A DNA stretch of 63,656 nt, counting the filler, from Vannella sp. (Eukaryota): the NCBI GenBank assembly GCA_023345925.1. It is 6 parts of 6 records of this genome, joined end to end, with 100 filler letters (N's around TTAATTAATTAA, not from the genome) between each part and the next. Parts side by side here need not be neighbours in the genome. Positions count along the whole stretch, not along the records: positions 1 to 18,872 come from JAJQQN010001434.1; positions 18,973 to 31,784 come from JAJQQN010001215.1; 4 more parts are not named here. One strand, given 5' to 3'. The notes below the pieces were generated by a model. That model saw only the letters and a list, made by a program, of their open reading frames with translations. It did not search any database and was not told the origin of the DNA. The translations under genes and the position numbers were made by a program. Below, one piece after another: positions 10,931 to 25,231 of the stretch (position 1 is its first letter; every line of letters begins with the position of its first letter).

Positions 10931-13564
10931 TTATACTCCATTGAATCGTGGGCGCTTGGGTGAATCAATGGGGAGTGTCGGGGTCCAATCCATGTCAGAA
11001 CGCGCGCTCTTTCCTCCAAACACTCCAGTGAGAACTCGGAGTGCCAGAAGTTCTTCCTCCCATGCGGGAATCATTTGCCGCTGCCACTCAAAGTAAAGAG
11101 GGGATTTGGTGAGAGAGATTCCGAAGGGCTCTTTTGAGTATTCAGTTTCTAATGAGAACCCAGGATCACTGTTCTCCTTGGACGAGTAGGCCAAATGGAA
11201 GTGATAGCTGGGTGGCGTTCTCCATGAAAAGTCCCTCATGTAAGATACTGCCTCGGCAGAGGTGCATTCGAGGACCAGCGTTCGCTGGGTACTCCTCAGG
11301 AACTCCTGCACTTTTGAGTTGTAGGGATAATGAGCTTCTGGATAAGACCCGTCAAAGTCTTCCAGAGGGTTCCTGGACACCAGTTTCCTTAATTTGGTGA
11401 TTCGTTTTCCGCAAAGAATGGCGGCGGCGGCTTGGGCATGGTCCTTTCGACCTCCACAGGAACGGAGTACGAGTTCCAAGATATAATGAGTGTGGTGCTC
11501 TGTTGATTGGTCGGCCTGATGGCGACAAACTCGCTCCAGCATCTCCATGGATCCATGAGCAGCACAAAAGCGAAGGGGAATACCGACATAAGCCGGCTCA
11601 ACCTTCGTCATCAAGTCCCCAAGTAGCTTTTCTAATTCAGGCTGAGCACTAGTGGCCAGTAAAGGATGCTGCGTCGAGTGCGAGGTTGGAGAGAGCATCT
11701 TCTCCAAGATAGAAACTGTGATGCGGATGGAAATAGTTCTTGGAAGGGAACATAACTCCTTCATAACTGAATTTGAGACATCCTCCCACAACTGGTCCTT
11801 AATAAGGTTGTAAATGGCCAAAGCAAAGTCGTCTTGGGAGATGGTATTGAACCCTTCTGTCACCAAAGAGAGTACTTGCAAGAGCCAAACGGCATGCTCC
11901 GCCCGAATGTTGTCTGTACAAAGCTGTGTGGCAACAGAAAGAGCCGTTTTAGCGTGAAAGCTAGTTATACTGTTGATGTAGTCCACGAATTGAATGCGAA
12001 GTTCGGTGGCAGCATCATGATGGGAGCTATTCTCTGGTGTTGGGACAGAAAAAACATCCAATTCCGATATAGGCTGAAGAATCACTTCTAATAGAGTGAA
12101 GGAGCGGAGGCGGGAGTCCCGCATGGTCAAGAACATTAACAGAATCCCACTGGGAGAGCCTCGGACGAGTTGCAGAAGCAATTTTAAATGAACTGGAGAG
12201 GCCCCAAGCTCATGCTCGAGCACATAGTCTATCAAGTGTTGTTGCAAGTACTGCTGGAAAGTTGGGACGTTCGGTCCAGTACGGATAACATGGCGAGTCA
12301 ATATCTTGAGAGGCTCCTCTCCTTCAAACAGTCTCTCGTAGTCCCTAAGGCGAAATGCAAACAGGCAGAGTCTGTGAGAAGCACTTTGGCCCTCTGCAAT
12401 CTCCCTTCGGGGAGAGAAGTCGATATCGTCATGTGGCCAAATGCCCCCTTGGCTAGGAATCTCCAATGCCAAGGGGTCATACAGTGGATGGCCATCAAGA
12501 GAGCGCCAAAGCTTGACCACAGTAGTCTGTATTGTTGATGTGCATCCAGACTGGTTGACAGCGGTAGAATCCACCTCAACCGCATTTCCACCAATGGACA
12601 TTGATCTGTACCGACGCTCTGCAAGGCCCAAAGAAAACCTCAGCTTTGACTCTGGGTTGAGCAAGTTGTTGGCTGCGTAGAGCAACCTCAGAGTGCGCAA
12701 TGAAGCCGGATGGAGTCCACCAAAGGTTGCCTGCTCCAAGGGCACGTGACTCTTAAGCTGTGCTGCAAAAGCGATCACTTTCCGGTTACTCCCCCACTGA
12801 GATAGAGCATCTGCCAATAGCTCCACTACAGAGGGTGGCCCAGTGAGCGGAGCAGGGTTGTCTTGTCCCCACATTATCTCGTAGACCAACACAACCCTTG
12901 ATCCAAAGACCAGCGGAGCAAAAGAGTGGTTCAGTCCGGCATAGAATGCGGCGTAAGAGCAAAAGTGCGCGCCGCCTGCAAGCGAGTGAACGTGGGAAGT
13001 CCCTCGTCTTTCCTTGACGGCAATCTCTCCACCAGAGCATCGAGAAGGGAGCTGGATGAGAAGCCGAAGAAAGGCACCTTCTCTTGTAGTAACTTGCGGG
13101 AAGTCCACACCTGAGCGCTGCATCACCATTCCTCGTAGTTCCAAACGGTGCTTGCCGCTCCCATCAATCCCTAACGCCTCGAAGATCCGCTTGCACACAA
13201 GGCGTAAGGAAGATACCCAGGTAGGGTTACCAAAGGATAGTCTCCTCCCATCATGCCAAGAGTCCTCAGGAAGACAAGAGAGGCGCACTTCCTCTGGGTA
13301 AACAGGAATCGGTACAGCATCCACCAGAACCTCCGGTAAAGCAGGGAGCTCTGGCAGAACCCCACCATCATGTAATGCCGGGGCAACATACTCTTCCGAG
13401 AGCCACTCAGGATGCCCCCACAGCGCCTTGTACATCGCGCCTGTGCACACTTCACCTCGCTTTGTTATCGTTTCCGCCATATCCTCCCTCCTCGCTCCCC
13501 ACCTATCTCCTGCAGGATCGCCATGGTCGCCTTCAAACACTGGAAAGTCCAAATTCGCGAACAT
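10931..13564 (-). CDS. Large protein with degenerate 2OG-Fe(II) oxygenase-like N-terminal domain
   Basis: Intronless ORF; LLIQLPS..SGGE, YAAFYA...H...L..GSRVVLVY pattern; start at 13564 or 13480. Confidence 0.6.
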   Translation of the reverse strand: MFANLDFPVFEGDHGDPAGDRWGARREDMAETITKRGEVCTGAMYKALWGHPEWLSEEYVAPALHDGGVLPELPALPEVLVDAVPIPVYPEEVRLSCLPEDSWHDGRRLSFGNPTWVSSLRLVCKRIFEALGIDGSGKHRLELRGMVMQRSGVDFPQVTTREGAFLRLLIQLPSRCSGGEIAVKERRGTSHVHSLAGGAHFCSYAAFYAGLNHSFAPLVFGSRVVLVYEIMWGQDNPAPLTGPPSVVELLADALSQWGSNRKVIAFAAQLKSHVPLEQATFGGLHPASLRTLRLLYAANNLLNPESKLRFSLGLAERRYRSMSIGGNAVEVDSTAVNQSGCTSTIQTTVVKLWRSLDGHPLYDPLALEIPSQGGIWPHDDIDFSPRREIAEGQSASHRLCLFAFRLRDYERLFEGEEPLKILTRHVIRTGPNVPTFQQYLQQHLIDYVLEHELGASPVHLKLLLQLVRGSPSGILLMFLTMRDSRLRSFTLLEVILQPISELDVFSVPTPENSSHHDAATELRIQFVDYINSITSFHAKTALSVATQLCTDNIRAEHAVWLLQVLSLVTEGFNTISQDDFALAIYNLIKDQLWEDVSNSVMKELCSLPRTISIRITVSILEKMLSPTSHSTQHPLLATSAQPELEKLLGDLMTKVEPAYVGIPLRFCAAHGSMEMLERVCRHQADQSTEHHTHYILELVLRSCGGRKDHAQAAAAILCGKRITKLRKLVSRNPLEDFDGSYPEAHYPYNSKVQEFLRSTQRTLVLECTSAEAVSYMRDFSWRTPPSYHFHLAYSSKENSDPGFSLETEYSKEPFGISLTKSPLYFEWQRQMIPAWEEELLALRVLTGVFGGKSARSDMDWTPTLPIDSPKRPRFNGV

Positions 13565-13710
13565 CAACCAACGCCAGAGCGCGAGAAAGTGTCTCAAAAG
13601 TAACACTCCTCTGAAAAAGTCCTCCAAATGGACCGGGAACAATTAGAAAGTGTTTTTTATTTGATTACACTTTTTCACTTTTTGACCACCTGGCAAAGGA
13701 GGCTGACTTG

Positions 13711-14750
13711 ATGGCGGAATTGGTGAAGACAACTCTCTGCTTTGGCGGTCAGGTTCAGAAGTGGAAGCATAAGAGTGTAGTGCTGGGACAGGAGTGTCAA
13801 GAGATGAACTTTACCACCTTCTTGCCGCCTCAGGCAGCGTTGAAGAAGGTGCCTGTTGTGTACTGGCTCTCAGGGCTGACCTGCAACGATGAGAACTTCA
13901 TCACTAAAGCAGCTGCTCAACGTCTAGCTGCTGAACTTGGTTTGGCTCTTGTTTGCCCAGACACAAGCCCAAGTAAGGGCCTCCTTTCCTCCCTTCCAGA
14001 CAGCCACTCACTCTTCACTCACTAGGAGGATGCGGGATTGAAGGAGAAGAGGATGGATGGGACTTTGGGACAGGTGAACACTCTCTTCAACAGCCAAAGG
14101 CCACCTCTTAACCGATATTATCCTCCAGGTGCTGGTTTCTACCTCAATGCCACCGCAGACAAGTGGAAGAAGAACTATAACATGTTCTCCTATATCACTT
14201 CTGAGCTCCCCTCTCTCCTTGAGGGCCTAGAAGGCTTTGACACTGCCAACTGCGCCATAATGGGACATTCCATGGGTGGACATGGCGCTCTGATCATTGC
14301 CCTGAAGCAGCGGGGCACCTACAAGGTGAGAAAGCCCTTGGAGGAAGTACACTACGCCGAGCGTGCCCTCTAATGCATCTGTCACAGAGCTGCTCAGCTT
14401 TTGCCCCCATCTGCAACCCTGTCAACTGCCCTTGGGGAAAGAAGGCCTTCAGCGGATACCTTGGCAGCACGGAAGAGTGGAAGTCGTGGGATGCCACTGA
14501 ATTGGTCAGTGTCGCAGAGAGCGAAACGATTCTCGAGATCCTGATCGACCAAGGCCAAGCCGACAACTTCCTCTCTGACGGCCAGCTCCTTCCTCACGCC
14601 TTCGAAGAGGCAGCAATCAAGAACACAAGCGCTCAAGTACACGTAACAACACGCCTTCAACCAGGCTACGACCACAGTTACTACTTTATCCAATCCTTCA
14701 TTGATGACCACCTCCGCTTCCACGCCAAACACCTCCTAAGCGCTCAATAG
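13711..14750 (+). CDS. ESD: S-formylglutathione hydrolase (esterase D), 4 exons
   Basis: [31 protein letters not shown] and GYDHSYYF; introns near 13973, 14074 and 14326. Confidence 0.95.
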
Positions 14751-14802
14751 TAGTATCACTCTCTGTTCCATTGGGTTGAAGGATTTATTTGGCTCTCGTC
14801 TG

Positions 14803-15087
14803 ATGAACGCGGTTGCGGCTCTCCGCTCGTTGAGGCCGATGGGCCCATTTGCTACTTCCTTTGTGCGCTTTTTCAGTGCTGGGCTTCAATCTAGTACATG
14901 GGGCATGACTACAGGCCTTCAAAGTACCCTCTGCTTTGCTCGTCCAGCAATCTGCATATCCGCTTCATCCCGACTCGCCTCCGAGTCTTCAGAGGGGATG
15001 CAATTGATGAACAAGAAGGGCAAGATGGCTAGGAAGAAGAAGAGCAAGAAGAAGGGCAAGCAGATCAGCCTACGATTCCGCGGATGA
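14803..15087 (+). CDS. Small basic protein with mitochondrial-presequence-like N terminus
   Basis: R/S/A-rich, acid-poor N terminus and Lys/Arg-rich tail; fills the gap between ESD and the next gene. Confidence 0.5.
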   Translation: MNAVAALRSLRPMGPFATSFVRFFSAGLQSSTWGMTTGLQSTLCFARPAICISASSRLASESSEGMQLMNKKGKMARKKKSKKKGKQISLRFRG

Positions 15088-15202
15088 ACATGATTAAAGT
15101 CCCTTTCACTCAGAAAAGAGGTTTATTCTAGCGAATCTCACGCCTTCGAGCAAGGACGTGATGAGTAAGAGGAAGGCGTATAGAAGAGTGCTCTTACCTG
15201 AA

Positions 15203-15628
15203 TTATGCAGTCTCTCCTGCAGCAGCCTCGTCCCTCTTTCTATTGTACTCCTCCAAGTCGTCGTTGAGTTTCTCCTGGTAGGCCTCAGGATCTTGCTTGA
15301 GATAGGCATCCATTTGAGCATCGAGCTCTTCCTCAGTCAAAGGCTTGGCCTTCTCCTTGCGACCACGGCCCTTTCCCCCGCTTTGGGCTCGCTTGGGTCC
15401 ATCTCCTCGCTTGGGGGCATCCTTTCGGTCACCACCACGAGTACTAGCACGAGAATCTCCTCTGCGAGCGGGCTTGTCTCTGTCATCTCGTCCTCTGGAG
15501 CGACCACCAGTCACTGAGGACTTGAATTCTACAACGGGTCCGCGTGAAGAGCGGCCTTCTCTTCTTGGCTCGTCGCGGTCCTTTCTGGTCTCCGAAACCT
15601 TGCTGAATCGTTCGCTTAATGTGCTCAT
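15203..15628 (-). CDS. CHTOP/Fop-like RG-rich mRNA-export adaptor
   Basis: TLSERF N-terminal motif, RG-rich middle and duplicated EELDAQMDAY / LNDDLEEY UAP56-binding motifs. Confidence 0.75.
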   Translation of the reverse strand: MSTLSERFSKVSETRKDRDEPRREGRSSRGPVVEFKSSVTGGRSRGRDDRDKPARRGDSRASTRGGDRKDAPKRGDGPKRAQSGGKGRGRKEKAKPLTEEELDAQMDAYLKQDPEAYQEKLNDDLEEYNRKRDEAAAGETA

Positions 15629-15893
15629 TGTAAACCTGGTAGTGCCAAAGTAACATGTCACAAAGGAGGGGGGCGCAAGTCAGAACCAGATCACGCCATA
15701 GCCACGGAGCTCAACACACACTCCTTCGCTGCAAGCAACTGGGAGCGAGTGCTGGTGTAGCCTTTGGGAGAGGGAAAATCACCTTGTAGCGTGCGAAGCA
15801 AGGGCAGGGAAGAAATGCCGTTGGGAAACGAATAATTCGGGTTTGCTTTATCTTCATGAATTTGTTGAGTGGAATCAGAAGCAGATGGGCCCT

Positions 15894-17714
<1,821 letters not shown>

Positions 17715-18169
17715 GAAAGAGAGCCAGGAAGTGACGAAAGTCCTCAAGACCCGGTTTGAACCATCGGCAAGCAATAATCAAGCAATTTCCCTAATCAATC
17801 ATGCCGAAGGAGAGGATGGATCTACCCAGATCAAAAGACTGATCATCAGCCTTCCAAAGACCTGCTTGAGGATGGATTCAGTGTCGGTCATGGTCACTGA
17901 TGGAGAGAACAGGCTGAATGAGAAAATGTCTTTTAGAGCTTAGGCAACGCGTGAAAGGGGACGAGGGGCCGCTCGTGAGTGCAGCTCGATCAGCTTCTGA
18001 ACTGGGTAGAAGGTGCACAGATGCGCAGCTTCGGGGTATGGAAGATAACCAAGAAGGAGGGTTTCCCCTTTCAGGCACGAGTGAGAGGGTCAAGGGCTAG
18101 GGCGCTTTGAGCGCAGTAGAATCCCGATTAGAAAGGAAGGGCTGGAAGCGCCCTTGCCCTGGACTACTC

Positions 18170-18872
18170 TCACACGTGCATGAAGCTGCTCACCACGAAG
18201 GGAGTGGGGAAGGGGATCTTGGACAGAGTAGCCCCAGTTTGTTCCAAAAGCTGAATCAAGTCGGAGGATCCACTGAACTTGGCCTCTTGGAGGATGGAGA
18301 TGCCAGCTTTGTTGTGTTCAGACACACTGGCACCACTGGTGACCAGAAGCTGAGCGATCTTAACTTGGTGCAAACTGATCGCAAAGAACAAGGGACTTTC
18401 GCCGTCCTCGTTCTTGGCGTTCCTGTCGGCTCCAGAGTGAAGAAGGAGCTCCACCATCTCTTCACGTTCTTCGCGTATAGCCCAATGCAAAGGAGTATCA
18501 CCAGACTCGTCAGGGATGTTGCAGAAGGCACCGAGCTTAATTAACAGCCGCACAAGCTCCGTCGAGCCTGAAGCAACGGCTATGAGGAGCGGTGTCTCTC
18601 CACTGAGAGACCTTCTGTTAACATCAGCACCAGCCTCACCAAGAGCGAGAACACATGACTTATTCCCCGCCATTACTGCCAAATGCAGGGCCGTGAGCCC
18701 CTTGGAGTTCTGATGGTTCACATTAGCGCCTTGCGCAATGACGCGGCAGGTGAGATCGTTGCGGTTTTGAATGACACACCAAAGCAGGGGTGTGTTGCCA
18801 AAGGCATCACGGGCCTCCAATGAGAAGCCAGCGAGAGAAGAAGACATGTTACTTTTGGGTGAAGCTGTTAAT
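18170..18872 (-). CDS. Ankyrin-repeat protein (5' end probably cut by contig end)
   Basis: GNTPLL, GLTALHLA, GETPLL, GDTPLHWA and GESPL repeats; the frame stays open to the linker. Confidence 0.88.
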
Positions 18873-18972
18873 NNNNNNNNNNNNNNNNNNNNNNNNNNNN
18901 NNNNNNNNNNNNNNNNTTAATTAATTAANNNNNNNNNNNNNNNNNNNNNNNNNNNNNNNNNNNNNNNNNNNN
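18873..18972. other. Artificial contig linker
   Basis: N44-TTAATTAATTAA-N44, giving stops in all six frames. Confidence 0.97.
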
Positions 18973-20254
18973 GCCCTGGAGACGGCTGCATCAGCAGTAG
19001 AGGCCAAGTTGTTGCCTACGCAGACAGAGACATCAAACCAATCTGGGCCGTCAGAGCAGTCACTCTCTTCTTCACCAAAGACTTCGAAGCCCGAGCCCGG
19101 CCCGAAGATGATGACGAAGAGGAAGGAGAAGCTCCTGCTCCTGCTTCCACCACTAAGGACTATCCTATCTCTCAAGTTGTGCATGCTCAGCCCACCCAAG
19201 CTCCACTCCCAGTTCAGTCCCAGCCTTCGCTTCCCAAGTACCCTTCGGACGCTGTCTTCCAGCTGGAGCCAGAGGTGCTCTATGCCATGAACCCAGAAGA
19301 GAGGGAGAAATATTGCCCTCTCCCGTTGTCACGCACCCCGGAGGAGCTCGCCCTGCTGAGTGATGCCCAGAGACGGAACTACCGATCCGAAGTTGAACCA
19401 AACAGTCAATACCATGAGGCCAGGAACAGATTCCTCAAAGGAGAACGTCCCGTTTGGCAAGACTACGAGTACTCTTTCTATCCAAAGGCCGCGTACCCTC
19501 CTGATGTCTACGATCCATTCGTCCCGATGTCTGTCACTGAGTGGAAATGGATGCCAGACTCCGATAAGATCCGAGAGGCATGCCTGAAAGGGCCCAAGGG
19601 TAAAGGAGGGAAGAAACAGGGCAACTCAAACCCACCCACTCCCAAAAAGCAAGTCGAGCAAGTGTACACTGACAGTGTTGAGCGACTTGACATCAAAGGC
19701 AAACCAGGGCATGATGGAATCAGACTTGGGTTTGCCGCTGACGGCAACAAGGCCTACAACAACTACAAACCACGAAATGGCACGGCCCAGGACCAATCGC
19801 CATTTAAGTTGTTTGCTCATGTTGTGAGTGCCACCGGTCTGAAAGGTGCCTCCATGAGAAGTAGGTTGCCCTCTCTCCCCCGATAGATTCTAACATTCTC
19901 ACAGAAACAAGAGATCCCTTTTGTGTCCTTACAACCGAAGATGTCTCCGTCAAAACCAGAGGGTTCATCAACAACCTGAACCCAGTGTGGAACGAACACA
20001 TCTCGATGGGCCTCTACGAGAAAGACGTTGCCAAAGGCGAGCTTGTGGTAGGCATGTATGAGTATTCCGACGTCTTCGCCACAGCCGTACTGCCTCTCTC
20101 TCGAATCCCTCATAACTCGCCGATGGAGTTCGATCTCAAGGTAAGTTGTAGCTTTCATGACCAACTCTGACCACCCTCTTGGCAGCTGACCGTTAGAAGC
20201 GAGAAGAAACCCCAAGGGACCGTCAAGATCTTCCTCCATTTCGGGAGTGCATAA
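18973..20254 (+). CDS. C-terminal C2-domain protein (5' truncated)
   Basis: HVVSATGL, DPFCVL..KTR..NLNPVWNE and GTVKIFLHF; introns near 19862 and 20141. Confidence 0.7.
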
Positions 20255-20354
20255 CCTAATTTGAGTTCCACAACATTTTGGTTTCTTCTTGATTCATAGA
20301 AGAAACCAACTTTTCCCTCTTGAAGGATTCGGCTGGGGTGTTTATTGCGTCATT

Positions 20355-21907
20355 ATGGTGTCATTGTTTGTTGGAATGCTGGGGCGCAGTGCTTTGCGTG
20401 TTGCTCGCTTCTCTGGTCTGGCGACTTCCTCGTGCAGACAAGTGAGTGTTACGAAAACCAGAACGATGTGTCGCTCAAGCATTCTAGAACTCGGCTTTGA
20501 AAGCGTCCGATCCGGAGATGTATCGCATCATCGAGAGCGAGAAGCAAAGACAGCGAGAGGGGATTGAATTGATTGCCTCAGAGGTGAGAAGCCGAGTATC
20601 TTGTTGATTCAGAGTCTTACTTTCATTAGAACTTCGCCTCGGCTGCTGTGATGGAAGCTCTCGGCTCCCATATGAATAACAAGTACGCTGAGGGCTATCC
20701 TGGCAACCGCTACTATGGAGGCAACGAGTTCATTGATCAGAGTGAACTTCTCTGCCAGAAGCGTGCCTTAGAAGTGTTTGGATTGTCCCCTGAAGAGTGG
20801 GGAGTCAACGTGCAACCTCTCTCAGGAAGCCCCGCCAACTTTGCTGTGTTCACTGCTCTGTTGGCGCCCCACTCTCGTATCATGGGATTGGATCTACCTC
20901 ACGGAGGCCATCTCTCTCACGGTTTCATGAGTGGAAAGAAGCGCGTGTCTGCCACTTCGGTGTTCTTCGAGTCGTTCCCCTATCGTCTGGATGAATCTAC
21001 CGGGCTCATTGACTATGACGCTTTGGAGAAGCTAGCAGCGACCTATCACCCGCAATTGATCATTGCTGGTGCCAGTGCGTACTGTCGTGACATCGATTAT
21101 GCTCGTTTCCGCGACATCTGCGACAAGAACAACGCCTATCTGCACGCAGACATCGCTCACATCAGTGGATTGCTTGCTGCTAAGGTCACTGCAACAAACC
21201 CTTTCGATTATTCCGATGTCGTCACCACAACAACGCACAAAACTCTCCGCGGACCTCGTGGAGGCATGATCTTCTACCGCAAGGGTCTGAAGAAGGTTGT
21301 CAAGGGACAGGAGATCATGTATGACTTGGAGGATAAGATTAACTGGGCTATCTTCCCTGCCCTTCAAGGTGGACCTCACCAACATCAGATTGCAGCCATC
21401 AGCGTGGCTCTCAAGGAAGCACAGAATCCTGAATTCGTAGATTACCAACGACAGGTACTGGCAAATGCCAAGTTGATGTCCAAGGAGATGCAGGAGCGTG
21501 GGTACTCCATTGTATCAGGAGGAACGGACGTTCATATGTTCTTACTCGATCTTCGTCCAAAGGGCATTGATGGTTCGCGTGTGGAAAAGGCTTTAGAGGA
21601 GTCACTCATCACTGTTAACAAGAACACAGTCCCTGGTGACACCAAGCCATTAGTCCCTTCTGGCCTTCGTATTGGTGCCCCCGCCATCACAACCCGCGGC
21701 ATGAAGGAGAAAGACTGCAAGAAAATCGCAGAATTCCTTGATAGAGGCATTCAGATTGCTGTCGCCCTCAACAACGCGGACCCTGAGAACAAGAAGCGCG
21801 TTTCCAACTTTGAAAAGTATCTTCACAGCAAAGAGCATTCCGAGATTACCGCTCTCAGAGAGGAGGTCAAACAGTTCGCCTCTCAATTCCCTCTTCCCGG
21901 TTGCTAA
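20355..21907 (+). CDS. SHMT: Serine hydroxymethyltransferase, probably mitochondrial (3 exons)
   Basis: IELIASENF across an intron, [20 protein letters not shown] and FPALQGGPH; presequence-like N terminus. Confidence 0.96.
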
Positions 21908-22046
21908 ACCACTAACTTTGGCCTTTCTTACCCGCAAAGGCCACCCCAATTGACTAATTAACATTCAAACGAAAGACTGGATGGGATTGGTGCGTTTATT
22001 TCACAAAAGGGCCGGGGTAACAACAGATTAGGATTGTACAAGTGAG

Positions 22047-25000
22047 CTACATGGTACTCTGTAAAACAGAGGCGTAGGCCTTGTCGAGTGTATCGAGGTC
22101 TTGTAACTCGACCTCTTGACGTTTGATGACTTCAGCCGCATAAGCGCGTTGGGACTGGCGATAAGCTTCTTGTTCTTCTTCCATGAGGGCAGACAACTCA
22201 TGTTGGGCAGCTTGATTGACTTTCTGCAGTTGCTCGATGACCGCATCAAGTTCTGAGTTAATTTTGGTGGCGAATTTGGGTTCGGCTGTTGGAGGGATTT
22301 TGTCGAGGTTGACCGCAACAAAGGCGAGGCACTCCAGGCGTTGAGACTCAGTTATTTCAATCGTCCTCTTTTGTTGGCTCTTCATGAGTAGCAATTTGCT
22401 GTGATGCTGAGCGTCCAGAGTCTGGGTTTTTTGAGTAAAGTGCTTGTTCATCAGCAGAATCTCTTCTTCGTGCTGCTCTTCTTTAATGACTCGCCGAGCC
22501 TGCATTTCTTCGTGATGCAGCTCAGAGCGTTGGTTGATGTGATATTTCTCGAGTTGCACAACCTTTTTCAAATGTTTCTCCTTCAGCTGTTCCCGCTGGC
22601 GTTGCTGATACATATCAAGCTGAGCTTCTTCCTCCTTCCTCTGTGCCGTCAGCTCTTGTTCCAAGACTCCATCGCGTTCCTGCTGATGCCTCTGGAAGGA
22701 ATCCTTCGACTCCTGGACAAGCATCCTTATCTCCGCCTTTGAGCGCCCAGCGCCTACTTTAATCGACTTTTGCTCGTCCGCGTTCTCTTTCATCTGCTTT
22801 TTCATCTCCGCGTTGTGGTCTTTGGTGCGATTGCGCTGGTCTGCGATTAAGAGTGCCAGTTGTTGGTCCCGCTCTACCTGGAGCTGTTGGTCAAAGTTTT
22901 GCTGTTCCAACTCATTTCGTTCAATGAGCAAGCGCTTCTCTAAGGGCTGGCATTTCAGTTGCTCTTCAACTCTCAAGTTGTAGTTTTGTTCTAATTCCTC
23001 TGTCTGCAGTGCCTGGGTCTGTTTCAGCATATCACGCTCCAGTTGCTGTGCTTGTATCTCCTCGTCCCGCGCGCGATTGTCAAGAGTTACTTGGTGCTCC
23101 CATTCCTGCTTCAGCTCTTCAAACCGTGCCTCTCTGGCCAAAGTATGCGAATGCAACATGCTATTGAGTTGGACTTCGACACGCTGCTCTCGCTCATAAG
23201 CCTTCAGTTCCACCTTTGAAAGGGTCTTCTTTGCATCACGTAATAGTGTCTTGTGAGTTTTGGTGAGATCCTTCTGCTCTGTGACGTGCACTTTCGTGCT
23301 TGTTTTAACATTCTCGCGAATTTGCTTTTGCCGTTGCTTGCCCTCCGCCTCGTAAAGCTTCTGGAAGGTGCGCTGATCTTTCAATTGTGACTTTGAAAGC
23401 CCCTCCTGTTCTTGTTTGTGCTGCTTCTCGAGGTTCTTCTTCTGGGTGTCGTAGTTCTTCATTAAAGTGTCCTGCTGGCGCTTGTAGTTGTCCACCAGCT
23501 GGTCTCGCTCACGTTGCTGAAGTTTAGATTGACGATCCAAACGTTTCTGAAGGCGTTCTTGAACGTCTCGAAGGTCAGCCATCTGTTGCTTGATAACGCG
23601 TTTGTTAATGGCTCGGGAGGCATCCTGATTGCCCTTCTTGGTCGCACGACGAGTCGCGGGAGGTCGCTTGAGTGTAGAGCGGGAAGAAGGGGCTGGGCGG
23701 CTGCCGGGAGTAGACTGAGAGGGAGCCCTTCCGGTGGCTTCGTCCATGGAACTCATTCCATCAGGGTCAATCTCATCTGGGAATGGAAGTTCGGAGGACT
23801 TGGTCAGAGGAGCACCATTAAGGGAGGAGGTACTCGTGCTGCGGTCATCCTGCTGCAATTGTTGGATCTTCGATCCTTGGGAAGCGCGCTTAACCATCAC
23901 CACTGGTGGTTGGCCATTTGTTACGGAGACTGGTGGTACAGGGCTTCCAGAGAACTCCCCAGCAAGGCTCAAGGGAGCTGCAGGGCGAGGAGGCAGCCCT
24001 GAGTGCCTGGGAGAGTCAGGAGGAGTCCCCATCTCTCCGTTGTGAAGGACAGACTGGCTCTCCCCATCATCCCCGTCTTCTTCCTCGTCAGAGTAATCGC
24101 ACACCGCCTCCAGCTTGTTCTTGCGTTCAATGAGGCGAACGAGAATCTGAGGATCTTTGCTGCAGTCGCGCACAAAGGGATGCTGCAGCATGCCATCACA
24201 ATCAAGGCGCTTCTTTGGGTTCTTCTCCAAGCAACACGCGATAAAGTCATGGAAGGCCCCGCTCCAGCGTTCCTTCTTGTCGAGTTGAGGAGCGTCACGA
24301 GCCGGGATTTGGAACAGCGCGCGCATGGGGTTGATATAAGAGAGGGGAGGTACTGTCTCAGCTAACTCAATACACGTGATGCCCAAGGACCAGATGTCCA
24401 CCTTCTTCCCGTACGTGCTCATGCCGTTCTTACTGTCAATCAACTCCGGAGCCATCCAGAAAGGCGTTCCGACGAAGGTCTTGGCTTTGGCTGCGTTAAG
24501 AGATGAAACGCCAAAGTCCACTACAACGACGCACTCCCTGTGAGTCCAAAGAAAGCCTCTGATGATGAAAGGGCTCTGCTTACCCAACTTCACGCCACCG
24601 GTAGGAGTGACAAGGATGTTAGCTGCTTTGATGTCACGGTGAATCATGTTGCAGTCGTGCATATACTTGAGTCCCTGTCGTCGAGTCCTCATCAGCAAAG
24701 AAGGGGAGAAAGGGGAAGCCATCCCACCTTGAGGCTTTCGTGCATGATGAGAGCGATCTCGTCCTCATGAAGGGGGTCATCAGTAAACTCGAAGATGTCT
24801 CGAACGCTTCCTTCGCACACTTCCATCGCAATCTGCCAAACGAGTGAGAAGTGCAGAGGAGCTTGAGGAAGGCTCCGTACGAAGATCTCATCGCCTTTCC
24901 TGTAGCCTCCAAAGTAGTCGACGATGTTCTCGTTCTTGCACTTCTTCAGAACAGCGATTTCCACCATCAGGTCCTCCGGTATTTCTCCCTCGTCCGGGGT

Positions 25001-25231
25001 GATAATCTTGATGGCTAGCGTCCTCCCTGTGGGGATGTGGGTACCCTATGACATCGTAATCAATCGTCTGGTCCACAAAAAGGAGCCAGGGGCGAACGGA
25101 AGGGATGAACCCACCTTGTAAACCGTCCCGAAAGAACCAGAAGCTATCTCCTCCTCTAAGGTGAAGATCTCATCCACGTCCTCCGGGTCTAGAAGATCAT
25201 TGATGTTCAACCCTTCGGGAAGAGACGCCAT
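22047..25231 (-). CDS. STE20-family (SLK/TAO-like) kinase with long C-terminal coiled coil (multi-exon)
   Basis: ASGSFGTVYK, HRDIKAANIL, DFG, GTPFWMAPE and DIWSLGIT; Q/E/K-rich coiled coil. Confidence 0.92.

Noticed and set aside
18873..18972. TTAATTAATTAA palindrome (five copies) as a biological element or piggyBac target
   Set aside because: It is always centred in identical N runs, which makes it a standard six-frame-stop assembly linker.
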